Assembly (NCBI RefSeq): GCF_963921235.1
Contig: NC_086097.1
Coordinates: 160,582,001 to 160,646,000 of the forward strand
Source of the DNA: Mobula hypostoma
Taxonomy: Eukaryota
Direction of reading: 5' to 3'
DNA: 64,000 nt
Numbering within the stretch: position 1 is the stretch's first letter; every line of letters starts with the position of its first letter. Of the stretch, positions 11,401 to 23,135 are shown piece by piece. The notes beneath the pieces were generated by a model. It saw only the letters and a program-made list of their open reading frames with translations, was not told where the DNA came from and ran no database searches. Made by a program: the position numbers and the translations under genes.

Positions 11401-11789
11401 TGATGTTCATAATAAACAAATTATTGAGTTTCATGGGAAGAGCCTATTCCTGCAGCAGTTTCATGTGCAAAGCTCTCCTGCAATAAGGATTTCATCATTA
11501 CGTTATCTAAAGTGACTGCAGCAAGGTCATTATCTGAATAGGAAATTGGTGCAATTAACGAGGATCTTTGCAGTGTGTGCACTGCATAAAGAGGACTCAT
11601 CGTGGTTATATATGTTATTTTGCACAGAATTTTCAAACTTTTCAGAAAATGAAAATACTAACTAGGATTGGCCTGATAAACAACCTGATATTTTTTGTTC
11701 ACTTAAGTGCCATTAAATAACTATCTCTATCAAAAGAGAATCACTCCATATGCTTTTGATATTCAATATTACTTTGGTCAAATGGTTAG

Positions 11790-13270
11790 TGGCCTTTATT
11801 GAGTACAGCTCAGCATTGAATACTATCATCCCCTCAAAAGTAATCAATAAGCTTCACGTCCTAGGCCTCATTACCTCCTTATGTAATTGGATCCACGATT
11901 TCCTCACTTGCAGACCCTAGTCACTTCAGATTGGCAACAACATCTCCTCCACAATCTTCTTCAGCACATGTGCACCACAAGGCTGTGTGCTTAGCTCCCT
12001 ACTCTACTCAGTTTTGGTCTCCTAATCTGAGGGAAGACATTCTTGCCATAGAGGGAGTACAAAGAAGGTTCATCAGATTGATTCCTGGGATGGCAGGTCT
12101 TTCATATGATGAAAGACTGGATCGACTAAGCTTATACTTGCTGGAATTTAGAAGATTGAGGGGGGATCTTATTGAAATGTATAAAATTCTAAATGGGTTG
12201 GACAGGCTAGATGTAGGAAGATTGTTCCGGATGTTGGGGAAGTCCAGAACGAGGGGTCACAGTCTGAGGATAAAGGGGAAGCCTTTTAGGACCGAGATGA
12301 GGAAAAACTTCTTCACACAGAGAGTGGTGAATCTGTGGAATTCTCTGCCACAGGAAACAGTTGAGGCCAGTTCATTGGCTATATTTAAGAGGGAATTAGA
12401 TATGGCCCTTGTGCCTAAAGGTATCAGGGGGTATGGAGAGAGGGCAGGTACAGGGTTCTGAGTTGGATGATCAGCCATGATCATACTGAATGGCGGTGCA
12501 GGCTCGAAGGACCGAATGGCCTACTCCTGCACCTATTTTCTATGTTTCTATGTTTCTATACCAATGACAGTGAGGCTAAGCACAGCTCCAATGCCATATT
12601 TATGTTTGCCACTAACACTACTGTCATTGGCCGAATCAAAGGGGGTGATAAATCAGCATTTTGATTGAAAATCTGGCTTAGGGTGCCACAACAACAACCT
12701 CTCACTAATGTCAGCAAGACCAGCGATAATTATTGACTTCAGAAGGAGGAAATCAGAGGCCCATGAGCCAGATATCATTAGGAGATCAGAGGTGGGGAGG
12801 GGCAGCAAATTTAAATTCCTCAATGTTAACCCTTAAGAGGATCTGTCCTGAATCCAGCACATAAGTACTATTACAAAGAAAGCACGTGAGCATCTCTAAT
12901 TCCTTAGAAGTTTGTGAAGATCTGGTATGACATCTAAAACTTTGACAAACTTCTATAAATAGACGGTGGAGAGTATATTGTATGGTTGCATCACGGCCTG
13001 ATATGGAAACAGTCAATACCCTTGAATGGAAAAGCCTGCAAAAAGTACCCAATTCATTATGGGTAAGACACTTCCTGCCATTCAGCATATCTGCACAGAG
13101 TGCTGTCACAGGAGAGCAACATCCATCAAGGACCGCCCCCCCCACCATCCACACCATGGCCCCTTCTTACTGGTGCCATCAGGAAGAAGGCACAGGAGCT
13201 TCAGGACATTCACCACCAGCATCAGAGACAGTTATTACCCCTCAGCCATCAGGCTCTTGAACCAGGAAAC
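11790..13270 (+). mobile_element. Rex1/Babar LINE 3' portion (RT), degenerate, interrupted by CR1 at 12009-12558
   Basis: [20 protein letters not shown]...[13 protein letters not shown]...[14 protein letters not shown], resuming YTNDSEAKHSSNAIFMFATNTTVIGRI...LVPSGRRHRSFRTFTTSIRDSYYPSAIRLLN. Confidence 0.85.
12009..12558 (+). mobile_element. CR1 LINE 3' fragment
   Basis: QFWSPNLREDILAIEGVQRRFIRLIPGMAGLSYDERL...RRLRGDLIEMYKIL...FFTQRVVNLWNSLP, ending in a (TTTCTATG)n tail. Confidence 0.93.
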
Positions 13271-13399
13271 CATTAGCAGACCTTGAAAATAGTTGAGTGC
13301 ATCAGCTGTAAGAGGAAATGCACCTGAGCTGAAGTCCAGAAAGCTATTGTTACACAACAAAAGAATTACTGTTCTCTTGAATGTACATAAAACCCACTA

Positions 13400-13596
13400 T
13401 GTTTTGTAACACCTAACTAAATGAAAGAAAAACACAGAAGCCAGGGAAAACATGTTAACTTAGTGTTATTTTAGTGAGGCATTCAAATATGATGTGGTGG
13501 CGTAATGACTAAGGCCATTCACGTACTTTTAAATATAACCCGTAATCAGACATATTTACATTACTCAAATATTACTTAAGTATTAAATACACAACA
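13400..13596 (-). repeat. 3' LTR of the Gypsy element
   Basis: TG...CA-bounded ('tgttttgtaacacc...aatacacaaca') and homologous to 21373-21601. Adjacent 'ctcctccctgctt' is the polypurine tract AAGCAGGGAGGAG on the minus strand. Confidence 0.88.
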
Positions 13597-14311
13597 CTCC
13601 TCCCTGCTTCACTATAAACTCCAACTCAATATAGATGCATCTCAGATTATTTATGAAACATATTGCTTAGTGATATCTGTAGTCCCTAGCCCTGGACTAC
13701 TTGTCAAGGAGTGAAACAGTGAACCTGTTTGTCTGAGGACCTCTCAATTTGTCTCAGCTGTTTCTCCTGCATGCTACTTGTGAAATTGGGATGAGGAAAT
13801 CCCAGTGTGAGCTTAAGGGAAGACCCAGGAAGAACACAGATGGCTATGGAATGTGCTCCACTGTGAGATACAAAGAAGGAAATTAGCAATCTTCTGATTC
13901 AGTGTTAATGTAGTGTGTTCTGCTGACATTGCTTGCAATGCACTCTTTAGAACCAGGACAAATTTTCCACCTATAGCTAGGTAATCCGGTGCAGATGTGT
14001 TATTCCATTTATTTTCAGGAATGACAGAAACTGTTCTGCAATACACTGCGGTCTATAGTCACTGACTAAGTGCTCTGGAATAACAGTCCTGGAGAAGAGA
14101 TATCTCAGCATATCAACAGTGTGCAAGGCTGTAAAGGAGGCTATTGGGAACACGACTTTCCACTTTGTCGCTGCGTCCACTACAACCAATAAAATTGTGC
14201 CTATGAATGATCCAGAAAAATCCATATGATACCTCTGCCAGGGAGTGATCTACCTGTTGAATTACCCCAAGCCACCAAAGCTTCAAACCAACACTTTCAT
14301 TGTGACCATAC

Positions 14312-17300
14312 ATAGAAACACAGAAAACCTACAGACCCTTCGGCCCACAATGCTGTGCCTAACATGTACTTACTTTAGAAATTACCTAGGGTTACCCATA
14401 GCCCGCTATTTTTCTAAGCTCCATGTACCTATCCAGGAGTCTCTTAAAAGACCCTATAGTATCCACCTCCAACAACGTTGCCAGCAGCCCATTTCACACA
14501 CTCACCCCTCCGCGTAAAAAAAACTTATGCCTGACATCTCTTCTGTACCTGCTTCCAAACACCTTAAAACTATGCCCACTCGTGTTAGCCATTTCAGCCC
14601 TGGGAAAAAGCCTCTGACTATCCACACGATCAATGCCTCTCATCATCTTATACACCTCCAACAGGTCACTTCTCATCCTCCGCCGCTCCAAGGAGAAAAG
14701 GCCAAGTTCACTTAACCTATTCTCATAAGGCATGCTCCCTAATCCAGGCAACATCCTTGTAAATCTCCTCTAACACCCTTTCTATAGTTTCCATATCCTT
14801 TCTGTACTGAGGCGACCAGAACTGAGCACAGTACTTCAAGTGGGGTCCGACCAGGGTCCTATATACCTGTAACATTAACCTCTCGGCTCTTAAACTCAAT
14901 CCCACGGTTGATGAAGGCCAATGCATCATATGCCTTCTTAACCACACAGTCAACTGCCAAGAGTCTTACTATTAATACTATATTCTGCCATCATATTTGA
15001 CCTATCAAAATGAACCACCTCATACTAATTTGGGTTCAACTCCATTTGCCACTTCTCAGCCCAGTTTTGCATCCTATCGATGTCCCACTGTAACCTCTGA
15101 CAGCCCTCCACAGTATCCACAACGCCCCCAACCTTTGTTTCATCAGCAAATATACTAACCGATCCTTCTGCTTCCTCATCCAGGTCATTTATAAAAATCA
15201 CAAAGAGAAAAGGTCCCAGAACAGATCCCCAAGGCACACCACTGGTCACCAACCTCCATGCAGATATGACCCATCTACAACTATTATCTTCTGTGAGCAA
15301 GCCAGTTCTGGTTCCACAAAGCAATGCCCCCTGGAACCCATGCCTCCTTATTGTCTCAATATGCCTTGTATGGGGTACCTTATCAAATGCCTTGCTGAAA
15401 TCCACATACACCTCATCTACTGCTCTACCTTCATCAATGTGTTTAGTCACATCTTCAAAAAATTCAATCATGCTTGTAAGGCATGTCCTGTCTTTGACAA
15501 AGCTATGCTGACTATTCCTCATCATATTATGCCTCTTCAGATGTTCATAAATCCTGCCTTTCAGGATCTTTCCCATCAACTTACCAACCACTGAAGTAAG
15601 ACGCACTGGTCTATAATTTTCTGGGCTATATCTACTCCCTTTCATGAATAAGGGAACAACATCTGCAACCTTCCAATCCTCCAGAACCTCTCCTGTCCCC
15701 ACTGACGATGCAAAGATCATTGCCACAGGCAATCTCCTCCCTTGCCTTTCACTGTAGCCTGGGGTACATCTCATTCGGTTCCACAGACATCCAACTTGAT
15801 GCTTTCCAAAAGCTCCAGCAAATCCTCTTTCTTAATATCCATATGCTCAAGCTTTTCTGTCCGCTGTAAGGCATCCCTACAATCACCAAGGTCCTTTTCC
15901 GTAGTGAATACTGAAGCGAAGTATTCATTAAGTACCTCTGTTATCTCCTCCGGTTCCATAAATACTTTTCCACTGTCACACTTGATTGGTCCTATTCTCT
16001 CACATCCTATCCTCATGCTCTTCAGATACTTGTGAATGCCTTGGGGTTTTCCTTAATCCTTTTCGCCAAGGCCTTCTCATGGCCCCTCTGGCTCTCCTAA
16101 TTTCATTCTTAAGCTCTTTCCTGCTAGCCTTATAATCTTATAGATCTCTATCATTACCTAGTTTTTTGAACCTTCCGTAAGTTTTTCTTTTCTTCTTGAC
16201 TAGATTTTCAACACCCTTTGTACACCATGGTTCCTGTACCCTACCATCCTTTGCCTGTCTCATTGGAACGTACATATGCAGAACTCCACGCAAATATCCC
16301 CTGAACATATGCCACATTTCTGCCGTACATTTCCCTGAGAACATCTCTTTCCAATTTATGCTTCCAAGTTCTTGCCTGATAGCTTCATACAGTATTTCCC
16401 CTTACTCCAATCAAACACTTTCGTAACTTGTCTGTTCCTATTTCTCTCCAGTGCTATGGTAAAGGAGATAGAATTGTGATCACTATCTCCAAAATGCTCT
16501 CCCATTGAGACTTGACACCTGACCAGGTTAATTTCCCAATACCAGATCAAGTACAGCCTCTCCTCTTGTCGGCTTATCTACATATTGTGTCAAGAAACCT
16601 TCTTGAACACACCTAACAAACTCCACCCCATCTAAACCCATTGCTCTAGGGATATGCGAATCGATATTTGGGAAATTAAAATCTCCCACCACTACAACCC
16701 TGTTATTATTACACCTTTCCAGAATCTGTCTCCCTTTCCGCTCCTCGATGTCATTGTTACTATTGGGTGGTCTATAAAAACACCCAGTTTTGTACTGACT
16801 CCTTCCTGTTCCTAACTTCCACCCACAGACTCCGTAGACAACCCCTCCATGTCTTCCTCCTTTTCTACGGCCATGACAGTATCTCTGATCAACAGCGCCA
16901 AGCTTCCACCTCTTTTGCCTCCCTCCCTGTCCTTTCTGAAACATCTAAAACCCAGCATTCAAAGTAACCATTCCTGCCCCTGAACCATCCAATTCTCTGT
17001 AATGGCCACAACATCATAAGTCCAAGTACCGATTCACGCTCTAAACTCATCTGCCTTGTTCATAATACTCCTTGCATTAAAATAGATACATCTCAAACCA
17101 TCCATCTGAGTGCGTCCCTTCTCGATCACCTGCCTATCCTCCCTCTCGCGCTGTCTCCAAGCTTTCTCTATTTGTCAGCCAACAGCCCCTTCCTCCGTCT
17201 CTTCGGTTCGGTTCACACCCCCCAGCAATTCTAGTTTAAACTCTCCCCAATAGCATTAGCAAACCTCTTTGCTAGGATATTGGTCCCCCTCAGATTCAAG

Positions 17301-18019
17301 TGCAACCCATCCTTTTTGTACAGGTCATGCCTGCCCCAAAAGAGGTCCAAACGATCCACAAAATCTGAATCTCTGCCACCTGCTCCAATCCCTCAGCCAC
17401 ACATTTATCTTCCACCTCACTCTATTCCTATATTCACTGTCACGTGGCACAAGCAGTAATTCCAGGATAACTATCTTTGAGGTCCTGCTTCACAACTTTC
17501 TTCCTAACTCCCTGTAGTCTGTTTTTAGGACCTCCTCCCTTTTCCTACCTATGTCGTTGGTACTAATATGAACCACGACCTCTGGCTGTTCCCCTTCCCA
17601 CTTAAGGATATCGTGGACGCAATCAGAAACATCCCGACCCTGGCACCTAGGAGGCAAACTACCATCTGTGTTTCTTTTCTGTGTCCACAGAATTGCCTGT
17701 CTGACCCCCTAACTATAGAGTCCCCTATCACTGCTGCCACCCTCTTCCTTTCCCTACCCTTCTGAGCCACAGGGCCGAACTCTATGCCAGAGGCGCGGCC
17801 ACTGTTGCTTCTCCCAGGTAGGCCGTCCCCACCAACAGTAAAGGGGGACAGCCACAGGGGTACTCTCTAGTATCTGACCCTTGCCCTTCCTCTTCCTGAC
17901 TGTTACCCACTTATCTGTCTCCTGAAGCCCCGGTGTGACTATTTACCTATAGCTCCTCTCTATCACCTCCTCACTTTCCCTGACCAGACGGTCATCGAGC
18001 TGCAGCTCCAGTTGCCTAA
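14312..18019 (-). mobile_element. CR1 LINE, long copy (ORF1 esterase region, APE endonuclease, RT), inserted in the Gypsy integrase
   Basis: AAVIGDSIVRGSDRQFCG (SGNH/GDSL esterase), GCFYRPPNS, VVVGDFNFPNID, PTRGEAVLDLVLGN, GDSDHNSISF, YRPVRLTS, DFSKAFDKV, SGVPWGSVLGP, FADETK. Tail 'catagaaacacagaaaac' at 14311. The Gypsy frame is continuous across the insertion. Confidence 0.95.
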
Positions 18020-19338
18020 CTAGATGACCAGCATGCAGCTCCTACAACACTTTAGTTCTTAGCTTGGATAGTAGAACAACTCTCAATCCCTACAATAGGC
18101 AACCATCATCAAGGGCAAATTCATCCCAGTGCTGGTAAAAATAGGGGAACTGATTCCTGTTGCACATTCCAGCCATTTTGGGTGGCCACGTAGACCTGAG
18201 GCAGTGTGGGGTTTTTTTTTTTTGGTTTTTCTTTGGATCATCTCTACCATAACAGGGAGACTTTTGATTTGGTTTAGAGAGAATACTTCAAGAGGAATGT
18301 CCACTTTTGTAAATGTTTAAGGTTATTTCTTTTAACAAGGGTAAACAGAATAATCGATCAGCATTTCTATGATTAGATGACCTCTTGAATTCAATCTTGT
18401 AACTGTGTCTACCAAGAAACAGAGTCCCTCTCTGTATTAGTGTAATGGATTCAAGTGATTGGTGATCAGTAAGAGGGAAAACCCTTTTCCATACAGGTAC
18501 TGGTTGAAACGTTTTACACCCAATAGCAGATCCAAGCCCTCTCTGTCAACCAGTGCATAATTTTTCTCTGCAGCAGTAAGGGAACATGATGCAATGGCTA
18601 TGGGTTCATTCACTTCCATCACTTATAACATATGACGACTGCAATATACTATAACGCATCATAGGCAAACTTTACTGGACAATATGGATCATAATTCATG
18701 AGTTCAAGGTCTAATGTCACCATTGCCTTTGCCTTTGGAAAGCCACCTCACACTGCTTTGTCCATTGCCATTTCTTCCTGATCTGCAGTAATGAGTCAAG
18801 CGGTGGAGCAGTGGCCATGTTTGACAGGAAATTGACAAATAGTAATTGCAAAATCCTAAAAAGGACCACAGCTGTGTAACAACCCTCGGCCTTGGGGCAT
18901 CCGCCACTGCTTGAAATTTCTCGGCACACTTGTGTAATGCTTGTGCATTAATTGTGTGAACACAGTGAGTGATGTTTGGTTTAATTAATTTACTCTTCTC
19001 ACAATGTGCACGGAGCCCATGAACTTCTAATCTTTTTAACACTGTATTGAGATTTTGGAGATGTTCTTGGTCATCCTGACAAGTAACAGTAATGTCATCC
19101 AGGTAACACTAAGTGCCTGGGCAGCCTTGCAGCACCTGGTCCATAACTTTCTGCAAAAGTGCAGGTGCAGATGCTACTCCAAAAATAAGCCTACTATAGC
19201 GATAAAGCCCTTTGTGAGTGCTCATGGTGAGAAACATTTTGGACACTTCTTCCATTTTCATCTGTAGGTAGGCTTCAGCTAAGTCTACTTTACTAAGTAT
19301 TTCCCTCCAGAAAGGTTTGCAAAGATATCTTTTATCCT

Positions 19339-20326
19339 TGGGAGGAGCGAGGAAAGACGGTGCCAGTGGTTTTTGCAGACCAAGGTGACTTCTTTCAGTT
19401 CACCCATAAAACAGCTTATTCCTCTTCTCTTTCCTTTCTAGGTGGGTTGGGGTTCTGTCAGAGTCCAAAATCTACAGTATAAACTACAGTTCTTCACAAG
19501 CAGTGGTTTTTTGGACCAGCTGTGTGGTCTAGCACTTCACTATCTCCACGAACAGCCTGGAAGACGTGCCCTTGGGGAACAGCCCTGTAGGCAACCTGGT
19601 TCCTTGACAATTCTCCACCTGAAGCATTGTGGGAGACTGAAACATCGAGACAGTAGGTGGTGTGTTTGCTAATCACCAACTGCTGTCAAAAGAAGGTCCA
19701 TGTACTCAAATGATCCTTCTCTCTCTCTTTCAGTGGAGAGTAAGAGTATGTTGGTCTTTGAGACAGGAGGCTTGGAGAAGCGACATGGAAGATTGTAACG
19801 TGGAAACAGCGAGTTGCTGGTCTCCACTCTCGTTCTTGCAGACCCTTCCCCTCCCTCACTAGAGAGCCTGTCTGAGATACTGAAGCAATGGTTAATGTAT
19901 TGTTGTTTTGATGGACTCTGGATCAAGGTCTTTTTGGGGCCTGGTGGAGTGTGGAGGGCTGGTGCTTCTGCAGGCAGGGGGGGGGTGTTTGCTGTTGCTT
20001 GTGGGAACGTTGGGGGAGGGGGTTGTTGGGGTTTCAAAGTTTCCATCTTTCCATCTGTGCGGGGTTAAGAGCTGGTGATTTCTTTGAAAAAAAAACACTC
20101 ACCCGGCAGAAGGCAATGGCAAATCACTGCCGTAACTTGCCTCGTACGCGAATTCCAATTACGTCAGAACGGTGTGGAAGTTGTCCGCTACCTGGAAAAA
20201 TTCCGGATGCGACCTACATTATTATTATTAATATCGTTCTATGGGATTTCTTGTTTCAGTGATGTCTGTGAAGAGTATGAATTTTAGATTGTATACATTC
20301 TCTGATATAAAATGAACCTTTGAACC
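19339..20326 (+). mobile_element. ~990-bp non-coding retroposon inserted in the Gypsy RT
   Basis: TSD 'tatcct' at 19333-19338 and 20327-20332. It ends 'tataaaatgaacctttgaacc', a short tandem tail. The Gypsy frame YPLRRI/IKDIFANLSGG rejoins across it. Confidence 0.8.
20045..20232 (+). mobile_element. RTE-related SINE fragment nested in the 19339-20326 element
   Basis: 'ggcagaaggcaatggcaaatcactgcc' resembles the BovB/RTE-derived motif GAAGGCAATGGCAAnCCACT. It ends in (ATT)n. Confidence 0.55.
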
Positions 20327-20655
20327 TATCCTGCGGAGAGGGTATTTATCTATTTTCAGTACTGGGTTGATAGAGACCTTAAAATCACCACAGACTCTGA
20401 AAGTCCCCATCCTTCTTGGCTGCTGGGACCACTGGCATTGCCCATAGCCTCCACTTAACCTTGGAAAGAATTCCTTTGGCTTCCACGCAATCTAGTTCAC
20501 TGGCTACTTTATCAAAGATGGTATAAGTAACTGGACAGGCATTGTAAAAGTTGGGTGTGGCATTTTCATTTAATACTATCTTAGCCTTGGTATGTTTGAG
20601 CTTTTCAACACTATTCTTAAATATTGCTGTGGCATCATCCAGCACCTCTCTTAAT

Positions 20656-20826
20656 GCATTGCCTGAGCCAGTGGTGCAGGCAGATACACTAGTGAAGTTT
20701 AAGAGACTACTAGACAGGTATATGGAGGAATTTAAGGTGGGGGCTTATATGGGAGGCAGTGTTTGAGGGTCGGTACAACATTGTGGGCCGAAGGGCCTGT
20801 ACTGTGCTGTACTATTCTATGTTCTA
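20656..20826 (+). mobile_element. CR1 LINE 3' end fragment nested in the Gypsy element
   Basis: NALPEPVVQADTLVKFKRLLDRYM, then 'gggccgaagggcctgtactgtgctgtactattctatgttctat'. Possible TSD 'ttaat'. Confidence 0.85.
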
Positions 20827-21372
20827 TTAATTCACTTTCAGTTGACCCCACCGCAGGGGATGAGGCATGCAAATACTGGATGGATCTCCATTCATAGCCC
20901 AACAATGCTGGCTCTCCTGTTTTTACCACATACAAGCCCAATGTGGCTCACTGGTTGTTGTATTTCACTGTTTATGAATGTCATCCCCACAGGGGTTATC
21001 TTTTCTCCAGAAGTTCCTATTTTGAATTCTGCAAGCTTCAGTGCAGTATCTTGAAATGCTGTTAAACTCATTTTGTGGAAATCGCTGATCTAGTATCTAA
21101 TTCCATTTTAATAAATTTGCCATTCACTTCTGCTGTAAGTCATATTGTTTGTCTACTGTTAGTTTTCACATTATCACCTGGTACTCACTGTTTATAAACC
21201 AGTAAATTCCATCTATTTTCTGCCTTTGTTTAAACCTGACCATCTTTTTCCCTTTGCAAAGAACCACCTGCAGCACTTTTTTAAAACTCAATTGTCTCCT
21301 CATCCAAAGAAAAACAAAACAGGTAGGTAGTTGTCATGGGTTTGTTTTAAAACTCCTTTGTCATTACTGCTA

Positions 21373-21601
21373 TGTTTTGTAACACCAAACAAAATGAAAG
21401 AAAAACCCAGGAACCAGGAAAAACATATCTACTTTGTTGTACTTTAGTGAGGTGTTCAAATATGACATGGTGCCATAATGATGTATGCCTCTGTGTACTT
21501 TTAAATACAACTAGCAATGAATTATGTAAACAAAGAATGCTTAATCAAACAATATGTTTACAATGTTACTCAAATATTATTGAAATATTAAATACAAAAC
21601 A
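21373..21601 (-). repeat. 5' LTR of the Gypsy element
   Basis: 'tgttttgtaacacc...aatacaaaaca', homologous to 13400-13596. A degenerate PBS-like sequence is adjacent at ~21355-21372. Confidence 0.88.
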
Positions 21602-21893
21602 CTTCTGGGAATGGTTAGTTTATTCCTTCAGTGAGATAACTGTAAACAAAATGAAGTCAGCCTACCTAAGTGCATAAAAGGTTTAAGCATTTCGATTAAT
21701 AGGTTCCGATTTGCTAGGATCACATTTAGAGCTAAGAATAAAGTTCACTGACCTCAAAGCTCAAGTTTCAGTCATGCATTTATCCATCATTCATGCCAAC
21801 ACTCTCAGTCAAAGGGCTTTAGATTTGTTCTTATGTACTGATTGTGGTAATTGATTAGTTACTAACAAATATATCAGCAGTTCCATAAATCTC

Positions 21894-22103
21894 GATGGGC
21901 TGGTGGCCTCAGCGCCGGACTTCGGAGTAAAGGCTCCCGAGTTCGAATGCAGACCGCTCCCTTGCACGCTTTCCATCCGTGCTGGGTTGAGCGTCGAGCT
22001 AGCAACCCGGCCTCGTAAAAATAAGAAAGCCTGCTAAAAAAAACACCGTCATGATGGTGTCCCAATGACTCCACCTGGAGTTAAGGGCTTTCTTCTTTTC
22101 TTC
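21894..22103 (+). mobile_element. tRNA-derived SINE with an RTE-like body and (TTC)n tail
   Basis: B-box-like 'gagttcgaatgc'; RTE-5'UTR-like 'gggttgagcgtcgagctagcaacccggcctcgtaaaaa'; 13-bp TSD ttccataaatctc (21881-93) / ttccatgaatctc (22104-16). Confidence 0.85.
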
Positions 22104-22119
22104 TTCCATGAATCTCAGA

Positions 22120-22450
22120 CGAGTCCAAAGTAAACCATTTTGGGTAGTTAAACTAGGGGAGGGCATACATAGTGAATGACAAGTGTGTCATTGAACAGAT
22201 GATCTTTGGGAGACAAGTACATAGTTTCCTGATATTGGTGACATAGGTAGACAAAGGTTAAAAATGACATATAGCATGCTTGTTTCCATCAGTTTGGGCA
22301 CTGAGTACAAGAGCTGAGACATCATGCTACAGCTGTTGATGTTGTTGAGACAGCAGTTATAAAGTGATTGGGAGGGAAATAATTTGTAGGGGATATAATG
22401 AGCAAATTTTTCACTGATGGTGGTGGGCAGGTATAGTGAACCTATGGCAT
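22120..22450 (+). mobile_element. Degenerate CR1 RT 3' fragment
   Basis: 'ccattttgggtagttaaactaggg...gatctttgggagacaagtacatagtttcctga...gcactgagtacaagagctgagacatcatgctacagctgt' parallels the CR1 copies elsewhere in the window. Confidence 0.6.
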
Positions 22451-22944
22451 GTGTGCCAAAGATGGCAAATGTAGTACTTACATTGGCACAGCATGCAGTG
22501 CTGCCCTTAACCCACAATTAATTAAAAAAAGATACATAATGATTATCCTTACTGTCAAATGAAGCTGTGAATGAGTTTTTATAACCCCAAAGCAGTGAAA
22601 AGTTTTCATAGGAAATGTCTTATGCTGGCTTTGCACCAGTTAGACGGTCACAAGAACACATAAGAATGGATGATATGATTTGAAATCCTTTCAGAAATGA
22701 TGTTATTTTTCAAGTCTTTAAATTCTTTAATCTTTTTAGTGTTAATAATATTTGAACAGATTTTCTAAAATATTTTATTTATTTCAGTGTTTCTCTCATA
22801 GTATTTTTCCTTAAAAAAGTCCATAATTACCGTTGCTAGTTCATTAATCAATGATAATCTCTGCTCAAAATTGCCATGACACACAAGAAAACTTTTTAGA
22901 AGGTTATCGCAAATTTAGGCACATTCTCTCAGTAAGGTTCACCG

Positions 22945-23135
22945 AGCCTGGTGGTGGCTATATAGAACAATCTGCCAAAGGAAGTGGTAGAAGAAGGTAT
23001 AATTATAGCATTCAAAAGACATTTGGACAAGAAAGGTTTAGTGGGATATAGGACAAATGAAGGTAAATGGGACTAGTTTCAGTAAGCACTTAGGTCGACA
23101 TGGGCAAATATGGAGGTGTAAGGTCCATAGCATGA
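22945..23135 (+). mobile_element. Degenerate CR1 3' end
   Basis: 'ctgccaaaggaagtggtagaagaagg...cattcaaaagacatttggacaag'. Confidence 0.6.

Larger units (their letters stand above)
13400..21601 (-). mobile_element. Ty3/Gypsy LTR retrotransposon with both LTRs, degenerate pol, mostly deleted gag and nested insertions
   Basis: Minus strand, in order: protease IKMELDTRSAIS (~21080-21120); RT FRVCGDFKVSINPVLKIDKYPLRRI and CYLDDI (~19090); RNase H IASCSLTAAEKNYALVDREGL; integrase HAGHL/MVTMK...LWW and MDFSGSFIGTILLVVVDAATKW...LVSD. PR-RT-RH-IN order is diagnostic of Gypsy. Confidence 0.92.

Noticed and set aside
11931..12461. 176-aa ORF that looks like a fusion protein
   Set aside because: Chance read-through from an off-frame Rex1 segment into an inserted CR1 fragment.
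13396..13399. Possible TSD of the Gypsy element
   Set aside because: The flanks (acta versus cttc at 21602-05) do not match, so none is claimed.
21894..21965. Possible tRNA gene
   Set aside because: No complete cloverleaf; it is the head of a TSD-flanked SINE.
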